Shown here: positions 1 through 10,003 of the stretch, piece by piece
Layout: each line of letters opens with the position of its first letter
Position numbering within the stretch: the first letter of the stretch is position 1
Virus record (IMG/VR): IMGVR_UViG_3300036770_008714
Location: 1-58,393 of that record
Reading direction: 5' to 3' (one strand)
Origin: a virus
Lineage: Duplodnaviria > Caudoviricetes
DNA length: 58,393 nucleotides
Notes under the pieces: generated by a model
What the model saw: the letters and a program-made list of their open reading frames with translations, nothing else
The model's database searches: none
What the model was told of the DNA's origin: nothing
Translations under genes and position numbers: made by a program

Positions 1-1032
1 ATGCCTACGATCCGCCAGCGCAACGACCGCTTTCAAGCCCAGGTACGAATCAAGGAGGATGGCCGCATTGTCCATCAGGAGAGTGCGACCTTCGACACCC
101 GCGCCCAGGCGCAGGCTTGGGCCGCAGCGCTGGAAAAGCGCATTGCAAAGACTGGTGTGCAGGCCAGAAAGCAGGGGCAGATATCCCTGGCAGACCTGAT
201 GGATATGCACGTCAAGATGCTCAAGAAGATCGGGCGCGAGTACGAAGCTGTCGAGCACAGGTTCAAGAACATCCGGGCCTATCCGTTCACCGAAAAGCCG
301 GTGGACACCGTCACATCGGCGGACTTCATTGACTGGGCGGTGCAGCACTCGAAGGGGCGCTCCCCCGCAACACTGCTGAACCACATGATGGCCGTGCGGG
401 CGGCCTACCGGGCGGCTCCGGTGGCACACGGTATACCGCTGGACATGGCTGTGGTGTCGAACGCCCTGGATCACCTGCGCCGAATGCAGGTGGTGGCGCC
501 AAGCAAGCGCCGGGACCGCCGCGTGACGGATGCCGAGCTGGACATGATTGATGCGTGGTGGCGCAGGCTGGAGGGAACGATGATCCCCCTGCCGACGATC
601 CTGCGGTTTCTGGTGGCCCTGCCCCGGCGCCGCGAGGAAATCATGAACGCCAAGTGGGCGGACTACGACACCAAAAACCACACCCTCACGCTCAGGGACA
701 CCAAGCACCCGACCATGCCACGGGATGAGGTTGTGCCGGTGCCGCCAGCGGCTCAGGCTATCCTGGCGGGGATGCCGCGCACCGAAGGCCGGATCTTCCC
801 GTTTCTCGGTACGTCGGTCAGTGCGGCTTTCCAGCGGGCGGCCAAGCTGCTGGAGCTGGAAGACATCACCCTGCACGACCTTCGGCACGAAGGGATCAGC
901 AGGCTTTTCGAGGCTGGATTGTCCATCCCCGAGGTGTCTTTGATTTCAGGGCACACCAGCTGGGAATCGCTCAAGCGGTACACGCACATTCAGCCAAAGC
1001 ATGTGCTGGAGAAACTGGCGAAGCCGCGCTAA
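1..1032 (+). CDS. int: Tyrosine recombinase / phage integrase
   Basis: Catalytic pattern R (PRRREE), K (DTKH), HxxR (LHDLRHE), H (SGH), Y (LKRYTH); N-terminal arm-binding-like segment. Confidence 0.95.
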   Translation: MPTIRQRNDRFQAQVRIKEDGRIVHQESATFDTRAQAQAWAAALEKRIAKTGVQARKQGQISLADLMDMHVKMLKKIGREYEAVEHRFKNIRAYPFTEKPVDTVTSADFIDWAVQHSKGRSPATLLNHMMAVRAAYRAAPVAHGIPLDMAVVSNALDHLRRMQVVAPSKRRDRRVTDAELDMIDAWWRRLEGTMIPLPTILRFLVALPRRREEIMNAKWADYDTKNHTLTLRDTKHPTMPRDEVVPVPPAAQAILAGMPRTEGRIFPFLGTSVSAAFQRAAKLLELEDITLHDLRHEGISRLFEAGLSIPEVSLISGHTSWESLKRYTHIQPKHVLEKLAKPR

Positions 1033-1217
1033 GACACCAGCCTCTCCCCAGTCTCAAACGCCTCCCGCCCATCCAAGCTGTTGTGAAACCAGACATCAGG
1101 CTCTGTCGGGTCTTCATCCGGCCTGCACCAGCACTTGCTTGTGTAGTCGTGCGGGCGCAGGTCATCCACGGGTGTGACGTGGATTTCTGTGTCGGTGGAG
1201 GCGACAAGCTAGGTCAT
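1029..1217 (-). pseudogene. 62-codon phage ORF with an amber codon at position 3 (MT*LVASTDTEIHVTPVDDLRPHDYTSKCWCRP...HNSLDGREAFETGERLVS)
   Basis: Hand translation: AAGGA SD, ATG at 1217, TAG at 1209-1211, then open to TAG at 1029; His/Cys pattern resembles a small phage protein family. Confidence 0.6.
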
Positions 1218-1222
1218 GGTGC

Positions 1223-1474
1223 CTATTCCTTCGGCGCCTTCTGCACAAAGTAGGAATCGACACAGCGCAGCGGGTAGTTCTCGTAATAGCCGCCATCGCC
1301 GTTGGGCAGCGCGAGGTCATACAACACCTTGCCGGGGTCGAATGACACCCGGACCACTTTGCACGGGATGGCCGTGTCATCGGCGACCATGGTGCTGCCA
1401 TCAATGCGCGAAAGCACCGGCTGGAAATACGCGATGTCGCCTATCGCGTGTTGGGAGGTAAGTTGGTTCTGCAT
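1223..1474 (-). CDS. Hypothetical phage protein (83 aa, MQNQLTSQH...)
   Basis: ORF co-oriented with the late operon; internal ATG at 1474 chosen as start. Confidence 0.65.
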   Translation of the reverse strand: MQNQLTSQHAIGDIAYFQPVLSRIDGSTMVADDTAIPCKVVRVSFDPGKVLYDLALPNGDGGYYENYPLRCVDSYFVQKAPKE

Positions 1475-1559
1475 TTGAACGGTTCCAGAGTTGGTGTCGG
1501 CCTGGCTGGGCGAACCACTTGGCCATCCCGGCGCACCGGGGCGGGCCTTGCCGACGTGA

Positions 1560-2381
1560 TCAGGATGGGCGGGGTTCGCCTGCCAAGTCGGCCAGGGCGT
1601 CTGCTTCTGTGAGTACCGGGCGGGCAAGTTCGTCGCGCAGGCGGAAGCCCAGCAAAGGCCCGATTCCGCGCTCTGCGTTCTCACGGGCGATGCGCCGGCC
1701 GATTTCAGCGTTGTAGTTCTCAGGACTGACGCAGGCGCTGTGCCCGATGACGGTGAAGCCGTTGCGCAACACCAGAACGCAGAACGTCAGTAGTGACATG
1801 GTCGGTGGCGCCTCGAAACTGAATTCGCGGAGCACGCCATCAGGGCTTGCCTTGTTGTACGCCGCGCCTGCAGCCCCATCGAAGCCGGTGAAGTAGTGCG
1901 CGCTGGCGATTTCGGCCTGCAGCGCTGCGGGTGTCACCCGAGGGCCTTTGTCGGCCTTGGCTTGAATCTCGCGCTCCATGGAGTCGGGGCCGCTCATTGA
2001 TTCGATACCCCGCAACGCGAGACCCGTCAACGCATCGTGCTCGGCCAGCGTAGCTCCTGTCTTACCTACCCGATCGTCACTGTGCTTGGCAACAACGCGC
2101 TCCAATGAGTCAGGGCCTGGGTCCACCACGTGGAGAGTGACCTGCGATGCGAAAGGTCTGTTTACAACAGGGTCCGCAGACTCCTGGCATAAATCAGCCA
2201 GAGCACCGTACGCCAGAGCCTCGACGGTTTTGGCCGAGAGTTGAATTGTGCCCAGGTCCCGCCCACCGTTGCCATGGCTGCGTACGGTCAGAGCGTAGGA
2301 GCCATCCTCCTTGCGGGACAGGTTCACGAATGGCGGGAAATCTGCCACGAAAGGTGTGTGAGCAAAAACAGTTTTGGCCAT
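1560..2381 (-). CDS. N4 Gp49 / Sf6 gp66-family protein with N-terminal extension
   Basis: C-terminal motifs PRVT...LTFCVLVLRNGFTVIGHSACVSPENYNAEIGRRIARENA. Confidence 0.8.
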   Translation of the reverse strand: MAKTVFAHTPFVADFPPFVNLSRKEDGSYALTVRSHGNGGRDLGTIQLSAKTVEALAYGALADLCQESADPVVNRPFASQVTLHVVDPGPDSLERVVAKHSDDRVGKTGATLAEHDALTGLALRGIESMSGPDSMEREIQAKADKGPRVTPAALQAEIASAHYFTGFDGAAGAAYNKASPDGVLREFSFEAPPTMSLLTFCVLVLRNGFTVIGHSACVSPENYNAEIGRRIARENAERGIGPLLGFRLRDELARPVLTEADALADLAGEPRPS

Positions 2382-2426
2382 GGTCTTCTCAGTGTGTTGA
2401 CCCGGCAACCGGCCGGGGCGGCTCGG

Positions 2427-2948
2427 TCAAGGCGCCATCAGCGCCCGGTCTGCATCAATCTGTCCGCGCAGCAGCACTACTTCTGCGTCGCGCCGGGCAA
2501 GAGCTTCTCGGTGTTCTGCAACCACTCCTGCCCCCTCGACAATGTGGCGGTCGAAGGCTTCAAGTCGATTTGCGAGATCGCGGCGGGCAGCGTCGTCGGC
2601 TTGGGCTTGCGCGCGATAAGTGGCGGCTCTGCGGTCTGCGTCGAGGCGCAGCCGCTCAACGCGAGCAAGATCAGCGCGAGCAATGGCATCGCGCACAGGT
2701 TGCGAAGTGGTGAAGGCATCGGAGTTCTCCTGTGTGGCGGTGGCGTGGGTGGATTCCTTGCCTGCCGTTTTGGTCTCGTCGGCGCGCGCGGCTTCGGAGC
2801 GCTTGAGCGTGGCCTGTGTGGTGGTGGTGATCAGCTTCTGGTGCGCAAGCTGTTCGAAGTGCAGGCGGCCGGTCTGAACCAGCAGAAGCCCGCCAGCCGC
2901 GATTGCTGCGACCATCCAGCCATAGGCTTTGAGTTGGGCAAAGATCAT
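2427..2948 (-). CDS. Inner-membrane spanin (Rz-like)
   Basis: N-terminal TM helix, Ala-rich coiled coil, embedded lipoprotein ORF, downstream of endolysin. Confidence 0.8.
   Translation of the reverse strand: MIFAQLKAYGWMVAAIAAGGLLLVQTGRLHFEQLAHQKLITTTTQATLKRSEAARADETKTAGKESTHATATQENSDAFTTSQPVRDAIARADLARVERLRLDADRRAATYRAQAQADDAARRDLANRLEAFDRHIVEGAGVVAEHREALARRDAEVVLLRGQIDADRALMAP
2477..2719 (-). CDS. Outer-membrane spanin lipoprotein (Rz1-like), fully embedded in Rz in another frame
   Basis: AGGAG SD before ATG 2719; lipobox LALSGC; Pro-rich mature part. Confidence 0.8.
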   Translation of the reverse strand: MPSPLRNLCAMPLLALILLALSGCASTQTAEPPLIARKPKPTTLPAAISQIDLKPSTATLSRGQEWLQNTEKLLPGATQK

Positions 2949-3361
2949 TGGCGGCCTCCGGTCTGTTCCGCGTAGCTCGCCATCAGCCTCTGCGCGATGG
3001 CCTGAATTGAGTACGCTTCAAATTCATGCGACGGTCGGTTTTCACCGATGCGCTCGCAAAAGTGCTGGAATGCATGCACCGCTTCGTGCACCAGCAACCC
3101 GGCGATTTGCACACCATCGATGCCCTCACGCACACGCAGGGCCACGACCACGGCCATGCCGAGTTCTTGGTGTTCTAGGATGTGCGCCGTGGCATCAGCG
3201 TGTTCCGTCTTGATCCATGGGTCACGCTGGGATAGCGGCACCTTGAAAGCGGACATTGCCCGGTGGTAATCCGGCTCGGACAGCACCAGGGCCAGGCAAG
3301 GGCCGTCAACCAAGCTGCGGTTGAGCCACTTCACCGCCACGCCCTCCACCAGAACCACCAC
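2945..3361 (-). CDS. Hypothetical protein with HExxH motif (putative zinc metallopeptidase)
   Basis: LVHEAVH followed by HEFEAY; start uncertain. Confidence 0.6.
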   Translation of the reverse strand: MVVLVEGVAVKWLNRSLVDGPCLALVLSEPDYHRAMSAFKVPLSQRDPWIKTEHADATAHILEHQELGMAVVVALRVREGIDGVQIAGLLVHEAVHAFQHFCERIGENRPSHEFEAYSIQAIAQRLMASYAEQTGGRQ

Positions 3362-3380
3362 ATAGCTATCAGGATGGGAT

Positions 3381-3563
3381 TCATTTGCGGACCGCCTTGT
3401 AAATCAGGCCGCCAACTACCGCCAGCACCAGGGCCAACAGAGCCCAACCCCATGGGTTGATCGCTAGGAAAAGCAACGCCTCACCCCACCATGGCAGATA
3501 GAAGCCGCTGGCAAGGGCAGCACCGGGCAGCAGCGCGAAGATGAAAAAAGACAGGGCGCGCAT
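3381..3563 (-). CDS. Small hydrophobic membrane protein
   Basis: 60 aa, 2-3 hydrophobic segments, start overlaps upstream stop. Confidence 0.65.
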   Translation of the reverse strand: MRALSFFIFALLPGAALASGFYLPWWGEALLFLAINPWGWALLALVLAVVGGLIYKAVRK

Positions 3564-3772
3564 CAGATGCTCCCCTTCTCTCGCTGGATGCCAGCCTTCA
3601 CGCCCAGGCTGAAGAAGTGCTTTGCCAAGCCTTCCAGCTGGCGCTCAGACCATGGCGTGCAGCCGACTTCGGCGCACTCCTTGGCGTCGTCGGCAGAGAC
3701 TTCTAGGCCCTTGGTGGTGGCGCAACCGGTGAGCAATGCGGCGGCGGACAGGATCAGTGCAATGGTCTTCAT
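3563..3772 (-). CDS. Small lipoprotein (MKTIALILSAAALLTGC...)
   Basis: AAGGAG SD; signal peptide with lipobox LTGC; CxxxxC pair. Confidence 0.75.
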   Translation of the reverse strand: MKTIALILSAAALLTGCATTKGLEVSADDAKECAEVGCTPWSERQLEGLAKHFFSLGVKAGIQREKGSI

Positions 3773-3948
3773 GCTGGCTCCTTGGTGGTGGCTTTCTGTG
3801 TGACGTTGGCGGCGTAGTAGCCCGTGACAGTGGCGATGACCACGGCGGAATACACGCCGTCCGCGATGTGCCCGGCCGCCACAAGCCAGGTAGCCGAAGC
3901 CACCACAGCCAGGGCTATCAGGAACTTGCGGCTCAGGTAGTTCGGCAT
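3769..3948 (-). CDS. Small 2-TM membrane protein (holin- or antiholin-like)
   Basis: SRKFL...two TM segments; TGATG coupling to endolysin stop. Confidence 0.65.
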   Translation of the reverse strand: MPNYLSRKFLIALAVVASATWLVAAGHIADGVYSAVVIATVTGYYAANVTQKATTKEPA

Positions 3949-4517
3949 CACAAGTCCTTGCCGCACTTCTCTGTTTCGTCGGCCCGGCGATTTGCCAGGC
4001 CCTGGACGAACGTGAAAACCTTCTTGCCGGTGGCGGGGTCAATGCGGCTGGTGAAGCTCCAAACCATCGTGCCGTCGTCGCCCCGGCTGATGCGCTGGCA
4101 ACCGCGCTCCCACTCGCCACGGTTCCATGCAGCCATGGCGCCGCTGCCGCACGTGGCGCTGGCGCCCAGGTTCCATGCATGGCTGCTTGCCATGTCCAGC
4201 ACGCTTGGTGGTGGTAGGCGCTTGAAGCAAGGGAGCACGGCGCGCTGCACGCGCTCCAAGGCATTGGCTTCTTCGACAATGCACTTTTCTTCGGTCCAGC
4301 GCTCGCCCACGATGATCGGGGTGCTGGTGACGTGGCGCGTGATGCCGTTGCAAACGGTGGGGATGTTCCCGGCCAGCTTGTCCGGGTAGACGGTGAGAAC
4401 GCGGGCTTTGCCGCTTTCCCACTGGGTCAGGTGGTCAACCAGCATTGGCGAAAGCAGCGTGACAAACCCGCCCAGGGCCGCCACCCATATCACCTTGGGC
4501 TGGATCTTGGTGGTCAT
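3948..4517 (-). CDS. SAR endolysin, GH24 lysozyme
   Basis: N-terminal weakly hydrophobic anchor; WE...YPD...PTVCNGIT triad; C-terminal GLANRR. Confidence 0.9.
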   Translation of the reverse strand: MTTKIQPKVIWVAALGGFVTLLSPMLVDHLTQWESGKARVLTVYPDKLAGNIPTVCNGITRHVTSTPIIVGERWTEEKCIVEEANALERVQRAVLPCFKRLPPPSVLDMASSHAWNLGASATCGSGAMAAWNRGEWERGCQRISRGDDGTMVWSFTSRIDPATGKKVFTFVQGLANRRADETEKCGKDL

Positions 4518-4852
4518 AGTGGAGACCTGTCGGTGTCGCCAGAGGATTCGTATTCCTCGACGGTGATGACCCGGCGCTTCTTCGCTTTGAGCCACCCGCG
4601 CGACTCAAAGAACGGGCGCCAGAGCTTCTTCCAAAACCACTCGGTGATGAGCAGTAAGGTGTATGCCGCCGCCGCCATTGAAGCGATGGTGCCCCAGGGG
4701 ATAGAGTTCACCATGGCCCATGTTGAGTAATCCGCATTCGCTGTCGCCTGCTGCACAACTTGGCCAGCGACGTCTGCCTTGGCCGCTGCTGCAACGGTGA
4801 TCGCACTGCTCGCTTTCGCGATGGGCATGCTGATTTCGGCGGCGCGGTCCAT
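4514..4852 (-). CDS. Putative holin
   Basis: Directly upstream of endolysin; TM segment WGTIASMAAAAYTLLLI; basic tail; GAGGTGG SD before ATG 4852. Confidence 0.65.
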   Translation of the reverse strand: MDRAAEISMPIAKASSAITVAAAAKADVAGQVVQQATANADYSTWAMVNSIPWGTIASMAAAAYTLLLITEWFWKKLWRPFFESRGWLKAKKRRVITVEEYESSGDTDRSPL

Positions 4853-4908
4853 CACTGGCCACCTCGTACGGGCTGCGCGGATGGCTTGGTGATGAGATTG
4901 CAGTTCAT
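4852..4908 (-). CDS. Putative 18-aa leaderless upstream peptide MNCNLITKPSAQPVRGGQ
   Basis: ATG at the predicted +1 of late promoter L1; TGA overlaps holin ATG (TGATG). Confidence 0.5.
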   Translation of the reverse strand: MNCNLITKPSAQPVRGGQ

Positions 4909-4959
4909 GAGCCCGGATGATCCGGGCCATGAAACATGCGGTCGAACCCTACTGGGGGG
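4908..4959 (-). promoter_or_regulatory. Late promoter L1 (lysis cassette)
   Basis: CCCCCCAGTAGGGTT (4945-4959), N22, GATCAT, N8, ATG. Confidence 0.8.
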
Positions 4960-4961
4960 CG

Positions 4962-5306
4962 TCAGATGTGATCGCCGCTCGGATCAAACGGATCTAGCAG
5001 CGGCTCTGCCCATGCAGCAACGGCTTTTCGCCAGCCAGTGCTGGTGGCGTTATGGCGCTTGAGACGGCTGGTTACCGTGCCTTCGCGCGGCAGTTCGACC
5101 AGCAGGACGGTGAGCACCAGGGCGTTTGCCAGGAAGTCCAGCAGCAACCCGGCGAACAACACAGGGTAGCCGAAGCACTTGGCAGTGGTCGTTAGCAGCC
5201 CTGCGTCCTTTGCACGTTTGAGGCTCATGACGGCCAGGTACACCACCCAGAGCGCATACAGCAGCGCAATGGCACAGACAGGCGCGAGGATGATGGTTTG
5301 AGTCAT
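4962..5306 (-). CDS. Membrane-associated hypothetical phage protein (MTQTIILAPV...)
   Basis: Two hydrophobic segments; C-terminal TVTSRL...LLDPFDPSGDH. Confidence 0.7.
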   Translation of the reverse strand: MTQTIILAPVCAIALLYALWVVYLAVMSLKRAKDAGLLTTTAKCFGYPVLFAGLLLDFLANALVLTVLLVELPREGTVTSRLKRHNATSTGWRKAVAAWAEPLLDPFDPSGDHI

Positions 5307-5316
5307 GGCAGGCCCT

Positions 5317-7689
<2,373 letters not shown>

Positions 7690-7690
<1 letters not shown>

Positions 7691-7740
7691 GCCCCACAGT
7701 GTTCCGACTGCAGGGCATGGGCGCTAACCCTACTGGGGGG
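7690..7740 (-). promoter_or_regulatory. Late promoter L2 (leaderless)
   Basis: Box 7726-7740, N22, AACACT, N7, ATG 7690. Confidence 0.85.
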
Positions 7741-7743
7741 CGA

Positions 7744-9564
7744 TTACACCGATTGCGTGAGGCCTATGGTTGCGCTGCCGCTGATCTGCGCAGATGCAGA
7801 TACTGCCGTCCAGGCGCTGGCGACTTGCTGCGACATGGCGGCCAGTGCGACCTTGTTGGCATCGAGTCGCGCGTCGCCTGCGTGCATCACGGCCTCGGCG
7901 TTCTGCTTGGCGGCTTGGAATGTGATGTTCATCCCGGCTTCGTACTCCTTGATCTTCGACTCCCAGAGACGAGTGAACATGCCAGCCTTGGACTCCAGGG
8001 CGGCAGATGCCACGCGGTAGCCGTCCATCATGATGTTCGACTGCCGGGCCGCTGCGTCCACCTTCGCGGTTTGCGCCGCAACCTGCGCTTTCCAGCCATC
8101 CCACTCCAGGCCCTTTGCGGAAATCAGCGCTTGGAACTTCGCCACCTCGGCCCGCGCCTTCTCGGCCTGCGCGCCCACCTTGGAGCCATAGGCGCGCGTG
8201 AGGGCGCCGAATGCCTCGGCCTTGGTGCCTTCTGCGCTGATCGTGGCCTTGTACAAATCGGCCTTGGCAGTCTCGGCGTTGACGGTTGCCACGAATGCGC
8301 GCACCTGCTCGGCACCGGCTTGGATGCGCGTGCGCTCCAGCTCCACCAGGGTCTGGGCTGCACTCACCCGGGCCTTGTAGATTTCCACCGCAGCCATGCG
8401 GCCTTCAATCTCGGCCTTGTAGCGGTCCACCAGCGACTTGTTGATGTCGGCCTTGGTTTGCTCGGCCGACAGCAGGGCTTTGAACACCTCCACCTTGTTG
8501 AGTTCGGCCTTAATGACGGTTTCGTAGGCGTTGGCATAGGCTTGGTAGCCCGCGAGCAAGGCTTTGTAGTGCTCTACGGCGGCGTTGTGCACATCGATGG
8601 CGTTTTGCGCCACGGCCTTCGCGGCGTCGATGGCCAGCACCTCCATCTTGTAGGCGTCCTCCAGTAGAGTGCCTTCCAGGCGCAGTGCAAGGTCAGTGGC
8701 CTGTTGCATGTTGGCCTGGGCAAGCTCGGCTTGCTTGATGGCGATGTCGCGCGAAAAGCCGGACAGCTTCTCGCGGTACTCGCGGCGCGCGTCTGCCAGC
8801 TGCCCAGCCAGGGCGCCAGATGGCAGCGGGAAGCCCAGCGCCTCGGCAGCACGCAGCAAATCCTGCTCATTGGCGAGCGCCACCTTGGTTTCACGGTCCA
8901 GCGCCCGGCCCCAGATCGCGGCCTCGTCGGCTGCGGTGAGCCCGGTCCCGCCTTGGATGCGCTCGTTCAGCCGGGCCTTGAGGTTGTCCAGCAGCTGCGA
9001 GGCATACCGGGCGTTCGGCGTGAACGAGAACGGGGCGGGCTGCAGAATCGACAGCTCGGGGATGTCGTCCAGTTTGTCCAGCCATTCTTCGCGCAGGTTG
9101 ATCCCGCCGAAGGTGTGGGTCTGCAACGCCAGGAATGTCGGCAGATCGGGCAGCACTACCTCTGGGGCGTCCGGCACCGTCACCTCGCGGACCTCCGGCA
9201 GCGCGGGCGCCTGGCCGATGTTCAGCGTCGGGGCCACGCCGAAATTGAGCTCCGGCATCTCCAGGGTCATGTCGTCGATGGCGACACTGCCCAGCGATTC
9301 CGTGAACGGCGTGGGCTTGCCGGTGGGCTCCACGAACTCCACCGATGGTAGGGTCGGCGCTGTCGGCAGCTCGGGCAACGTTGGCGCGGCTATGGATTCC
9401 CACCGTGCGCTCACAGTGGGGGGCTGGTAGAAGGAATCCGTCAGCTTGGCGACGAACTCATCCACTCGGCCCAATGCCTCTTCGGCCAGTTCAATGGAGC
9501 GCTCGTATTTGTCCTCGACGATGGACGCCGGGCCGTCAAAGTTGAAACTGTCAATCGTGGCCAT
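7744..9564 (-). CDS. Virion structural protein, Pro-rich N-terminal half and long coiled-coil C-terminal half
   Basis: 606 aa in tail cluster; Ala/Glu/Lys heptad-like repeats. Confidence 0.7.
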   Translation of the reverse strand: MATIDSFNFDGPASIVEDKYERSIELAEEALGRVDEFVAKLTDSFYQPPTVSARWESIAAPTLPELPTAPTLPSVEFVEPTGKPTPFTESLGSVAIDDMTLEMPELNFGVAPTLNIGQAPALPEVREVTVPDAPEVVLPDLPTFLALQTHTFGGINLREEWLDKLDDIPELSILQPAPFSFTPNARYASQLLDNLKARLNERIQGGTGLTAADEAAIWGRALDRETKVALANEQDLLRAAEALGFPLPSGALAGQLADARREYREKLSGFSRDIAIKQAELAQANMQQATDLALRLEGTLLEDAYKMEVLAIDAAKAVAQNAIDVHNAAVEHYKALLAGYQAYANAYETVIKAELNKVEVFKALLSAEQTKADINKSLVDRYKAEIEGRMAAVEIYKARVSAAQTLVELERTRIQAGAEQVRAFVATVNAETAKADLYKATISAEGTKAEAFGALTRAYGSKVGAQAEKARAEVAKFQALISAKGLEWDGWKAQVAAQTAKVDAAARQSNIMMDGYRVASAALESKAGMFTRLWESKIKEYEAGMNITFQAAKQNAEAVMHAGDARLDANKVALAAMSQQVASAWTAVSASAQISGSATIGLTQSV

Positions 9565-9565
9565 G

Positions 9566-10003
9566 TCAGACCCTCCTTGTCTTCGAAGCGATGTTCAGGA
9601 TTTCCACGCGGTCCAGCGAGAACGCCTGTCCAGCCGGATTGCTCAGGCTGAATCCCAGGTAGTTCTCCCGGATGCCCTTGCCCACCTGGCACCGGGTCTG
9701 GCCGCTCGGGCGCAACGGGAACGAATAGGGCCACGAATGCCGGGCGCCGTGCACCGTGAAGCGCATGCACCCGCTCCCAACAGCCGACACATAGACCATT
9801 TCGATGGCCTGCTTGAGCGTGGTTTCGCGCAGCGTGGACGGCAAACGGATGTCGGCCACGATCAGCGCGCCGTCGTCGGTTTCGCCGCCAAACTCGAACA
9901 GCCCGGCCGATGAACCGGCGTGTGTTGGGGTGATGCTCTGGAATGCGTGCCCCGTGTATTCGGTCACTGCTCCCAGCAGGGTGTTGCAGACAATGGCGGT
10001 CAA
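9566..10003 (-). CDS. Putative tail protein
   Basis: 145 aa, coupled within the tail cluster. Confidence 0.65.
   Translation of the reverse strand: MTAIVCNTLLGAVTEYTGHAFQSITPTHAGSSAGLFEFGGETDDGALIVADIRLPSTLRETTLKQAIEMVYVSAVGSGCMRFTVHGARHSWPYSFPLRPSGQTRCQVGKGIRENYLGFSLSNPAGQAFSLDRVEILNIASKTRRV

Noticed and set aside
1209-1211. Genome-wide amber recoding
   Set aside because: TAG ends several well-placed genes (e.g. 1223, 18146, 22827) and no suppressor tRNA is seen
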